A stretch of DNA of 15,155 bases from Bdellovibrionota bacterium (lineage in GTDB: Bacteria; Bdellovibrionota_C; UBA2361; OMIW01), in contig JBIJBT010000068.1 in NCBI GenBank assembly GCA_044345055.1, positions 1-15,155 on the forward strand. Direction: 5' to 3'. Under the pieces are notes generated by a model. It was given only the letters and a program-made list of their open reading frames with translations, ran no database searches and was not told the origin of the DNA. This document shows, in pieces, positions 6,033 to 13,829 of the stretch. Both the position numbers and the translations under genes were made by a program. The first letter of the stretch is position 1. Each line of letters opens with the position of its first letter.

Positions 6033-8639
6033 ATGGGTGTATACAAGGATATCAACATTCCGGATGAATTAGACTGTGTAATTCATCAGATGCGTGAAGT
6101 CGATGGATATAGAGAGGAACTTTCCTCTCTTGGTCAACAGTGGGATCTGCTGACCATCCTTGGTCAGATGAGTGGCGATGGTATCGACATGTCCGCCACC
6201 AGAGAGGCGTTCAAGCAGTTGACTGGGGATCTTCTAAGTAATCTTGGACTTGAGACTCTCAAAAAAGTTTTGCGAAAACTCACGGCGAAAGCTCAGGTTG
6301 CTGTAGATATTGTTGTTAGAAATCTATTCGAGCGGACTGCTGATATCGGGTTCTTGGCAACGGATGCTGAAATTCGGGATTTTCTAAGAGAGGGTGGGGA
6401 TAGGGATTTACTAGAGGCCCGTCTTCGGGAGTACGTAGCCAAGTACTCGGTGTATGATAATGTAATTGTTGTTGGGCTTGATGGAAGTATTAAAGCTCAG
6501 ATCGATAAAACAAATGGACTAACTCAATCAACCGATCCAATTATTGAGGAGTGTCTTCGGACAACCGGCGCTTTTGTAGAAACATTTCGTCAGACAGAGT
6601 TTGCGCCTGATGTTCCCCGTAAGCTGATGTACGCGTTCCGGGTTACGGAAACTGATGATCCTCGCTCTCGGGCGCTTGGAGTGCTTTGTCTCTGTTTCCG
6701 ATTTGAAAATGAGATGGAGGGTGTATTTAAAAATCTGATGGGTGAAAACGACTGGGAGTGTATTACCCTTCTTGATGGACATGGTGAGGTAATCGCGAGT
6801 GGAGATAAATATCAAATTCCGGTCGGGGCCAAAGTCGAGCATGTCCTCGATCAACCCTTTAAAGTAGTGAAGTTTGCAGGACGAGAATATTTATCCAAGA
6901 GTTGTGCAACAAAAGGTTATCAGGGCTATATGGGGCCTGGCTGGTACGGGCACGTAATGGTTGCTATGGATCAGGCGTTCGATGTTAGAGCAGATTCCTC
7001 AAAGGAGATTGCGCCTCCGCCTGTTATGAGGGCGGTTCTTGCGTCACAGCGATTATTTTCTCCCGACATTAGACGAATTCCACGTGATGCTGAGCGTATT
7101 CAACGAGATCTCGATAGATCTGTGTGGAACGGAAACGTCCGTCAGGAGTCATCAGCACAAGAGGATAATGATAAAGGACAGGCTAATGCCAATAAGGTCT
7201 TGCTCTGGGAAATAAGTAAAACAGGAGCAAGGACTAAGAGCGTATTCGAGCGCTCGATAACTAACTTGCGCACGACAGTTGTGTCCTCGATTCTGCACGA
7301 TGTCCATTTCATGGCATCTCTTGCGATCGACATTATGGATAGAAATCTGTACGAGCGAGCAAACGATTGCCGATGGTGGGCACTGAATCTCACCTTTCGC
7401 ACAATAATGGCAAAATTCGGGATAAATGCAGCCGATCAGAAGGAGATCACAGAGATCCTTACCTACATAAATAGTCTTTACACGGTTTATTCGAATATAT
7501 TCATATTCGATCGGAACGGTACCGTGATAGCGGCTTCAAATCCAGAACAGCAGGGGATAGTTGGGCGACCGATCGAAGGGCGCTGGGTGCAGGACACTCT
7601 GTCAAATAACCAATCTCAGTGGTATACAGCATCGCCGTTTGAGGCTAGTCCGCTGTATGGGGATAATCCAACCTACATATATTCTGCTCCCATAACCAGC
7701 GCATCTGATGGGAGGAGGAATGTAGGTGGAATCGGTATCATCTTCGATAGTACTGCCCAATTCCACGCGATGCTCGATGATTGTCTTCCTCGTAATGGGG
7801 ATGGTGCAGTCATAGACGATGCGTTTGCTCTTTTTATCGATAGACAGGGACACGTAATTTCCGCAAGTCGGCCTGATATCGAAGTTGGAGAAAAATTCGG
7901 TATCGACCCGGCTTTGTTAAACCTTCCAGCTGGCGAAGGTAGCTCATCGATTTTCTCCTTCAAGGGTAGCTATTATGCGATGGGGGTACATGCGAGTAGC
8001 GGATATCGCGAATTTAAGGGGCCAAATGATCCATACAAAAATGACGTGCGAGCGGTGGTATTCATTCCGTTGAGTGAGGCGGTTGAAATGGTTGAACGGG
8101 TTGATTCGTCCGATGCTTTGGCGGCGAGTGTGAAGACAAGCAACCGACTAGCTGGTGCGAAGCAGGTTGAGATCGCAACCTTCTTCATAGGAGATCACTG
8201 GATCGGGGTAAACGCTCAGTGGGTGCTTGAAGCGGTGAGCATGGATTTTATCAGCCGCGTCCCTCATGCCCCAGCTGGGCTCAAGGGGGTTATGAAGCTT
8301 CGTGATTCGGTATTACCGGTTTTGAGCGTTCATGATCGGGTTGGAAAAGGTATTAAGTACGATAATGAAGAAACACAGATAGTAGTGATTACTACAACTC
8401 TTGGCCCTTGGGGTATGATAGTCGACCGCCTTGGACCGATACCAACGGTTGATCCGAACCAGATTGATACTGACAGTGCAGTCGTGAGACGGGCAGGGGG
8501 GTATGTTTCGGGACTCGTCAAACCGGCGCACGGCTCTGATTGGCCAAGATTGCTGATCGTCGTGGATCCTCAGGAGCTTCGCAAAACGCTCCTTTCGATC
8601 GAAGGGGAGGAGTTTATGGCATCGCTCGATGCGAATTAA
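6033..8639 (+). CDS. Soluble signal-transduction protein: two tandem Cache-like repeats plus a C-terminal CheW-like domain
   Basis: 868-aa ORF with no hydrophobic TM stretch. Internal repeat (AVDIVVRNLFERTAD vs AIDIMDRNLYERAND) with Cache/PDC-like motifs (IFIFDRNGTVIAAS, YSAPI, GGIGIIFD). The C-terminal ~8163-8600 resembles CheW (ATFFIG..IGV..VLEAV, ISRVPHAPAGLKGVMKLRDSVLPVLSV, IVVI..WGMIVDRL, LLIVVDP). Confidence 0.82.
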   Translation: MGVYKDINIPDELDCVIHQMREVDGYREELSSLGQQWDLLTILGQMSGDGIDMSATREAFKQLTGDLLSNLGLETLKKVLRKLTAKAQVAVDIVVRNLFERTADIGFLATDAEIRDFLREGGDRDLLEARLREYVAKYSVYDNVIVVGLDGSIKAQIDKTNGLTQSTDPIIEECLRTTGAFVETFRQTEFAPDVPRKLMYAFRVTETDDPRSRALGVLCLCFRFENEMEGVFKNLMGENDWECITLLDGHGEVIASGDKYQIPVGAKVEHVLDQPFKVVKFAGREYLSKSCATKGYQGYMGPGWYGHVMVAMDQAFDVRADSSKEIAPPPVMRAVLASQRLFSPDIRRIPRDAERIQRDLDRSVWNGNVRQESSAQEDNDKGQANANKVLLWEISKTGARTKSVFERSITNLRTTVVSSILHDVHFMASLAIDIMDRNLYERANDCRWWALNLTFRTIMAKFGINAADQKEITEILTYINSLYTVYSNIFIFDRNGTVIAASNPEQQGIVGRPIEGRWVQDTLSNNQSQWYTASPFEASPLYGDNPTYIYSAPITSASDGRRNVGGIGIIFDSTAQFHAMLDDCLPRNGDGAVIDDAFALFIDRQGHVISASRPDIEVGEKFGIDPALLNLPAGEGSSSIFSFKGSYYAMGVHASSGYREFKGPNDPYKNDVRAVVFIPLSEAVEMVERVDSSDALAASVKTSNRLAGAKQVEIATFFIGDHWIGVNAQWVLEAVSMDFISRVPHAPAGLKGVMKLRDSVLPVLSVHDRVGKGIKYDNEETQIVVITTTLGPWGMIVDRLGPIPTVDPNQIDTDSAVVRRAGGYVSGLVKPAHGSDWPRLLIVVDPQELRKTLLSIEGEEFMASLDAN

Positions 8640-8651
8640 AAGAGATTTTTA

Positions 8652-9662
8652 TCAGAGGCCATTTACCTCAGAAATTTGCCACGGAATTGTCTTTCCGGAC
8701 CACATCGGCACTACAGGGCCGTAGGTGTTTGGGATGACCATCGGTTGGTTTTCGAGAACGATAACTTTTCTCTCAATGGTGATAGGGTAGATTCTTCGGG
8801 CGTTATCAGAAACAAAAGTTTGCAACAAATCCAGCCGTCCGCTCTCTGAGAAAACAGTGGCGAGGAGTTGTAATGCTATTGGGGCGGTAAAAACGCCTGC
8901 AGCGCAGCCGCAACACTCCTTCTTGTCGCGAGGATGGGGTGCAGAATCACTGCCAAAGCAGACCTTAGGGTGTCCCGTCGTTGCAACGGCGATGAGCGCT
9001 TGTCGATCGATTGGTCGCTTTGGAATCGGTTTACAGAACAGGTGGGGGTTTAAGAGCCCGCCGAGTATATCATCTAGAGAGGTAAGGAGATGATGTACGG
9101 TTATCGTCGCAAATAGATTATCGAAGCGATCTAGGAGGTCAACAGCTGCAGCCGTTGTAATATGCTCCATGACTATCGTCAGTCGAGGAAAAGTGGTCGC
9201 TAATTGCGAATAAATCGGCAAAAACTCCTTCTCTCTATCTAGAACAAAGCCGTGGGTTTCGCCGTGCACTAGAAGAGGTATGCCCATCTCTTCGAGCAAC
9301 GCAATTGTTGGGAATAGTTTGGAGAGATCTGTAACTCCCGATTCACTATTGGTTGTAACTCCAGCTGGATATAGTTTGCATGCAGTTATAAACGGTCGCA
9401 GCTTTTTTAGCTCGGACTTGGTGTAGGGACGCAAAAACAGGGTGTATAGGGGGGTAAAACCTGTTCCCTGAACAAGGGCATTTATCTCTTTGCGGTACTG
9501 ATGCAATCGCTCTTCTGTATCAACTGGAGGGACTAAATTGGGCATCACAATCCCGCCACCGAAATATTTTGCACTTAATGGAACAACAACCTGTGCGAGG
9601 TCACCCTCACGAAAGTGAAGGTGCATATCGAGCGGAGTGTCGAGGGTTATGGTATTGGACAT
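8652..9662 (-). CDS. pyrC: Dihydroorotase, homodimeric (type II)
   Basis: DMHLHFR (HxH), MPNL.PP, KLYPAGVTTNS (carbamylated Lys), LVHGE, MEHITT, ATITVHHL, HLFCKP, GSDSAPH. Confidence 0.97.
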   Translation of the reverse strand: MSNTITLDTPLDMHLHFREGDLAQVVVPLSAKYFGGGIVMPNLVPPVDTEERLHQYRKEINALVQGTGFTPLYTLFLRPYTKSELKKLRPFITACKLYPAGVTTNSESGVTDLSKLFPTIALLEEMGIPLLVHGETHGFVLDREKEFLPIYSQLATTFPRLTIVMEHITTAAAVDLLDRFDNLFATITVHHLLTSLDDILGGLLNPHLFCKPIPKRPIDRQALIAVATTGHPKVCFGSDSAPHPRDKKECCGCAAGVFTAPIALQLLATVFSESGRLDLLQTFVSDNARRIYPITIERKVIVLENQPMVIPNTYGPVVPMWSGKTIPWQISEVNGL

Positions 9663-9720
9663 TGGTACTACAAGGAGACGATAAACAAGAGAGAGGATTA
9701 CTTATTTGATGAACCAATCG

Positions 9721-10797
9721 TCATCGCTCGCGCCAGTCCGGTTGAAACTCCGAGCCGTGCACAATTCGAGGTATCATTCGACGCTTCAGAAAATCAGGTA
9801 TTAAAGAGGCAATCCCTGAGCGATTTAGAATATGCTGATCATCGGTTTGAAGTTCAATCTTGAGCTGTTTACGGTCAAATTTAAGCGCTTCCGATTCTCC
9901 TGATTGAGTGTCGAGAACATAAAGGCGAGTAACGCCATCTCCTCCTGGCTCTGATGCTGCGTAGCAGAGATATCGTCCATTTGGTGACCAGGTAAATGAT
10001 GATGCAATTAATTGCCCATTGGTCATCTGTCGAGCCTGTTTTGGATGATGACGATCCATGAGCCACAGATCCGCGTGCTGCTCGAGCGCTTGGACCGCTC
10101 TAATTCCATCGTCGATCTCCCTCATCGGTGCACCGCCAATTACTAGCCGTTGTAGCCGAGAAATCGCCTCAACGAGAGCGCCTTCATCCTCGGGCGATCG
10201 TTGAGAGATGAATGCGATGAAACGTCCATCGGGCGAATAGCGAGCTGAAAAGTCCCGAAGAAGGTGGTCGGTCATCTGTCGACGGGTCGATGAGTGTATT
10301 TCGTATTCCCAAATATCGTAGTTCCTCGGGAGACCCGGTTCGTCCGGCAACGAGGCTACACAGTAGAGAATATTTCCGGAATCGGGGGAAATAGATGGCC
10401 CTAATTCTATTCCATTACCTGCCATAAGGCGGGTTGGATTCTCTGGATTGGTAATATTAATAGAAAAAAGATCTATTTCATTGGGATCGATGAGATTGGC
10501 CGTAAATAGGAGATTTTGCCCATCAGGAAACCAGCAGACTCCATCGCAATAATGATCGCCTTTTACGAGCTGGGCGAGATTGCTGCCATTCTGATCCATT
10601 AAGAAAAGTTTGGGTATTCCGTTGTCTCGATTAGATATGAAGGCAATCCGTGCTCCTGATGGAGACCATCTAGGTTGTTCATTATTGGCGGAACCGGTTG
10701 TTAATTGAGTGAGCTCTCGTGTCTCTAAATTTAATCTCCAGATATCGTTGTCACCAACACTACCCGAGGAAAAAACGATGTCGCCACTTAGTTGCAT
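9721..10797 (-). CDS. TolB-like / PD40-repeat beta-propeller protein lacking a signal peptide
   Basis: Five PD40-like blade motifs: PRWSPSGARIAFISNRD, WFPDGQNLLF, PSISPDSGNILY, ARYSPDGRFIAFISQR, FTWSPNGRYLCY. Strong GAGGAG RBS 6 nt before the ATG. Confidence 0.85.
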   Translation of the reverse strand: MQLSGDIVFSSGSVGDNDIWRLNLETRELTQLTTGSANNEQPRWSPSGARIAFISNRDNGIPKLFLMDQNGSNLAQLVKGDHYCDGVCWFPDGQNLLFTANLIDPNEIDLFSINITNPENPTRLMAGNGIELGPSISPDSGNILYCVASLPDEPGLPRNYDIWEYEIHSSTRRQMTDHLLRDFSARYSPDGRFIAFISQRSPEDEGALVEAISRLQRLVIGGAPMREIDDGIRAVQALEQHADLWLMDRHHPKQARQMTNGQLIASSFTWSPNGRYLCYAASEPGGDGVTRLYVLDTQSGESEALKFDRKQLKIELQTDDQHILNRSGIASLIPDFLKRRMIPRIVHGSEFQPDWRER

Positions 10798-10820
10798 AAA
10801 GAGCTCCTCATAAGGTCTAG

Positions 10821-10863
10821 TACCCTTTTATAATCCCAAAAATAGGGGTGTGTTAAAAGGGTA
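10821..10863. repeat. 10-bp perfect inverted repeat / long hairpin in the intergenic region
   Basis: TACCCTTTTA (10821-10830) and TAAAAGGGTA (10854-10863), with inner CCC/GGG pairing. Confidence 0.7.
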
Positions 10864-10893
10864 AAAGTGGTTGCTTTGATGATCTGTTTCCAA

Positions 10894-12054
10894 TTAGAAA
10901 GAAGGAATTTCTTTTAAATTTTCCTGTTTTCCATTAAGAGATTGTTGGTGGTTCGTAAATTTTTCGGATGGGCTATCTGAACTGAAAAAAGATAGGGTGG
11001 CTACAGAAAAAAGAAACCATACTGAGAGGAGAAATGGTACGTAAGGAGAGGGGATTTTCCCATCTTGAGATGCTTTGCTAACTCGAGACAGTCGGCGAAG
11101 ATGAATAATCGCGGGTGCGATAGCAAGATAGGTAATAAGGTAGCGGGGCGGCAGTCCAGCAAGAATTGCAAGAGCTGGAAGGGAGAGTGAACCTCCAAGG
11201 ATTAGGGCAGAGTAGAGTGGGAGAAGCCGCTCATTTGGTGGTAGGTTATCGGTCGTTAATCCCACCGCAGCGCACAAAGCGCCGTATCCTGTCGCAAGAA
11301 TTAGCCCACCAGCGTCCCATTCGCCGTGCATGACCGCGATTGAAAGAGCTCCGAGCAGAGCGCTCAAGAAAAAAAGAACTACTGTGTGCCGCACCCTATG
11401 ATTTTTCAGAATCGGATGAACGTCGGCGACAATTAGGGCATTAAGGAGAAGTAGCATGGGGAAACCTCCAGCTACGTAGAGCATCGCCTCTTTTGCAGCC
11501 CGAAGACCCGCCATAAGAAGCACAATCCCGACCAAGAAGACGATTACCCGGCGGAGCCTTTTTTTTGGTCGATTTGGATTCAGCAGATTTGGTGCAGCGC
11601 AGGCGCAGAGCGACCACAACGCGACGACAAATAGAACCGCAAAAAGAGCACGGATTCGGTGTGGAAATAGTGTTCCTCCCTGAATCAGCGGCCCTATCGA
11701 GACTATTATCCCGAAGGTTCCCGCTCCCGCGGTTGAGAGGAGTAGTATAATACGATTTCTCATCTGCTCTAGAGATGAGAGGGGGCGCGGCTGTGATTTA
11801 CTCGCTAAGTGAGGCTCTGCCGCTAAGGGGCTCATAGTTGCCTGATGGCTACTGGAACCATTCCGCGAGGGATATTGATGCGCAGGAAGAGCCGTAATCC
11901 GGAGCTGTGAATCGGTTTTCGGGTCGAAGGAAGTAACTTTCTCCAGAGAGCTTTCGCCGCTTGCTGCACCGTGATTTTGTCGATGGGATGCACGATTAGC
12001 CCGTTTTGACCGCGACTTGCGAAAAACGCGCCGATTATTGCGGAGCAGAGTCAT
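10894..12054 (-). CDS. Hypothetical polytopic membrane protein (about 8-9 TM helices); start uncertain
   Basis: Long ORF with repeated hydrophobic segments from MRNRIILL onward. The first ~97 aa are basic and low-complexity, with no clear SD at 12054, so the real start may be ATG 11835 or 11763. Confidence 0.75.
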   Translation of the reverse strand: MTLLRNNRRVFRKSRSKRANRASHRQNHGAASGESSLEKVTSFDPKTDSQLRITALPAHQYPSRNGSSSHQATMSPLAAEPHLASKSQPRPLSSLEQMRNRIILLLSTAGAGTFGIIVSIGPLIQGGTLFPHRIRALFAVLFVVALWSLCACAAPNLLNPNRPKKRLRRVIVFLVGIVLLMAGLRAAKEAMLYVAGGFPMLLLLNALIVADVHPILKNHRVRHTVVLFFLSALLGALSIAVMHGEWDAGGLILATGYGALCAAVGLTTDNLPPNERLLPLYSALILGGSLSLPALAILAGLPPRYLITYLAIAPAIIHLRRLSRVSKASQDGKIPSPYVPFLLSVWFLFSVATLSFFSSDSPSEKFTNHQQSLNGKQENLKEIPSF

Positions 12055-12080
12055 GCTGATATTGTTTTTCTATTTCGAAT

Positions 12081-12110
12081 TTGCCCAAAGAGCGCCAAGA
12101 AGAGCATAAT
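12081..12110 (+). promoter_or_regulatory. Candidate sigma70 promoter for ubiE/menG
   Basis: TTGCCC-N18-CATAAT in the divergent intergenic region, with an AT-rich segment upstream. Confidence 0.45.
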
Positions 12111-12189
12111 ATCGGACCGCTGGGTGCAGCGAAAGCCGTATGTTCGGCTGATGGGTGGGCGATATTTAGTCTTCAACAGGAGAGTTTTC

Positions 12190-12861
12190 ATGACCGTTTC
12201 CGTTCAGGGAAAAGAGGTTCAGTCGATGTTTGGTCGAATAGCGGGCCGATACGATCTTGCAAACAATATCCTGAGTGGGGGGATACATCTTTTGTGGCGA
12301 CGCTCGCTAGTGAGAGCGGTTAAGCGAGAAGCGATGGTGCTCGATGTAGCAACGGGCACCGGAGGAGTTTTGCTGCCGTTGCAGCGGCGGTGTCGGATGG
12401 CGGTCGGCGTTGATTTTTGTTTGCCGATGCTCTCGGTGGGTGCAGCCCGAGGTGTCCCTCATCTTATATGTGGAGATGGTTTGCGACTGCCCTTCCCCGA
12501 TAAAAGTTTTGATGCTGTCACGGTGGCGTTTGGGGTAAGAAATTTTGAAGATCCCATACGCGGTCTTCGAGAGATCCATCGGGTGATAAAACCAAATGGC
12601 GAAATACATGTTCTTGAATTTGGACAGCCGCAAAACCCTCTTTTTGCGGCAATCTATGAGAGCTACAGTCGGTTGATACTTCCCCGTATTGGGCAGTTTG
12701 TTGCGGGAGATCGCGCTGCTTACGAATATCTTCCTGAAACATCTCGTCAGTTTCCGTGCGGACCATCGTTCTGCGATATTATGCGAGATGCCGGTTTTAG
12801 CTCACCTCAGAGTCGCGCGCTTGCTGGAGGAATCGCTTATCAGTATCGAGGCTCGGTTTAG
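12190..12861 (+). CDS. ubiE: Ubiquinone/menaquinone biosynthesis C-methyltransferase UbiE/MenG
   Basis: VQSMFGRIAGRYDLANNILSGGIHLLWR, SAM-binding VLDVATGTG, LPFPDKSFDAVTVAFGVRN, LEF, AYEYLPET..FP. ATG 12190 has an AGGAGAG RBS and is preferred over GTG 12124. Confidence 0.94.
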   Translation: MTVSVQGKEVQSMFGRIAGRYDLANNILSGGIHLLWRRSLVRAVKREAMVLDVATGTGGVLLPLQRRCRMAVGVDFCLPMLSVGAARGVPHLICGDGLRLPFPDKSFDAVTVAFGVRNFEDPIRGLREIHRVIKPNGEIHVLEFGQPQNPLFAAIYESYSRLILPRIGQFVAGDRAAYEYLPETSRQFPCGPSFCDIMRDAGFSSPQSRALAGGIAYQYRGSV

Positions 12862-12895
12862 CTCGGCGAAAGCGCTTATATGAGAAGATGCACCG

Positions 12896-12924
12896 TTGAG
12901 ATTGCGCCTCTCGAGTGCTATCGT
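12896..12924 (+). promoter_or_regulatory. Candidate sigma70 promoter with extended -10, positioned for a leaderless transcript
   Basis: TTGAGA (12896-12901), N17, TATCGT (12919-12924), with TG at 12916-12917. The ATG follows 7 nt after the -10 and there is no SD. Confidence 0.5.
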
Positions 12925-12931
12925 CGCGCCC

Positions 12932-13720
12932 ATGAGATTTTCAGTTCTTGCGAGTGGTAGCGCTGCAAACAGCACCTTTGTTGAGGTCGGAGAGACCCGA
13001 ATACTTATCGATTGTGGCCTCTCAGCCCGTCAGATTGGAATGCGGCTTGATGGGCTCGGCGTTGATGTTTCATCAGTTGACGCGATTCTTCTCACCCACG
13101 AGCATAGTGATCATATTGCCGGTATTCGTGTTCTCTCGAATCGGCTGCGAATTCCGGTTTACACAACAGCGGAGACGGCGGCAGAGATGGGGGATGCCTT
13201 TGGGGTTGAGACTATCGAGCCAGGGAGAGGATTTTCGCTTGGGTCTTTGATGATCCATCCTTTTCGAGTCTCGCACGATGCGGTAAATCCGGTCGGTTTT
13301 TCAATCGAGGGAGGAGGTTTTCGCTTTGTACAGGCGACTGATTTGGGTAAGGTAACTCCAAATGTAACTTACGCTTTGCGGGATGCTCATGCACTTGTGC
13401 TCGAATCAAATCACGATCCTGAGCTATTGCGAATGTGTGATTACCCCTGGCCATTAAAGCAGCGAATTTCATCTGCGCATGGACATTTATCAAACGATGC
13501 GATGGCGGATGCTCTTGGAGTGTGTGCTCACGATGGGCTCGCGGTGGTTGTGCTCGCTCATCTTAGCGAAAACAGTAACACACCAAATCATGCTATGGCT
13601 GCGGGAGCTCGCGCCCTGGCGGCCCGCAATACGACCCTTACGTATGGAAGTGTGCATGTGGCTACTCCGCTCTTTGCCGTTGAGGAGGGGCTTGAGAGGA
13701 TGGCACAGAATAGTGGGTAA
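12932..13720 (+). CDS. Metallo-beta-lactamase-fold hydrolase, YycJ/WalJ-like (putative nuclease)
   Basis: MRFSVLASGS..N, ILIDCGLS, THEHSDH (HxHxDH), VSHDA..PVGF, TDLG, LESNHD, YPWPLKQRI...GHLSN, LAHLSENSN. ATG 12932 gives the family-typical N-terminus. Confidence 0.92.
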   Translation: MRFSVLASGSAANSTFVEVGETRILIDCGLSARQIGMRLDGLGVDVSSVDAILLTHEHSDHIAGIRVLSNRLRIPVYTTAETAAEMGDAFGVETIEPGRGFSLGSLMIHPFRVSHDAVNPVGFSIEGGGFRFVQATDLGKVTPNVTYALRDAHALVLESNHDPELLRMCDYPWPLKQRISSAHGHLSNDAMADALGVCAHDGLAVVVLAHLSENSNTPNHAMAAGARALAARNTTLTYGSVHVATPLFAVEEGLERMAQNSG

Positions 13721-13829
13721 TGGGCAAATTTTGAAATTGGATCTTGTTGGTAATTGTACCTAATTGGCCAAATCGACCAAAGTAGGTTAAGGGACCGAAA
13801 AATTTTTCAGGCTCTATTAGAGGTAACTT

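Noticed and set aside
9615..9863. Plus-strand 82-aa ORF and purine-rich AAGGAG/GAGAGG in the pyrC-propeller gap
   Set aside because: Overlaps two supported minus-strand genes; the SD-like words do not precede a credible ORF.
9721..10797. Calling the propeller gene tolB
   Set aside because: No signal peptide, no TolB N-terminal domain, no tolQRA/pal context.
12932..13720. MBL-fold gene as a beta-lactamase or defence nuclease
   Set aside because: Motifs fit the housekeeping YycJ/WalJ-like group, and the context (ubiE, purB) is housekeeping.
13721..13829. Purine riboswitch or PurR box upstream of purB
   Set aside because: Only a weak AT-rich hairpin (TTGGTAATTG/TAATTGGCCAA) is visible; no consensus match.
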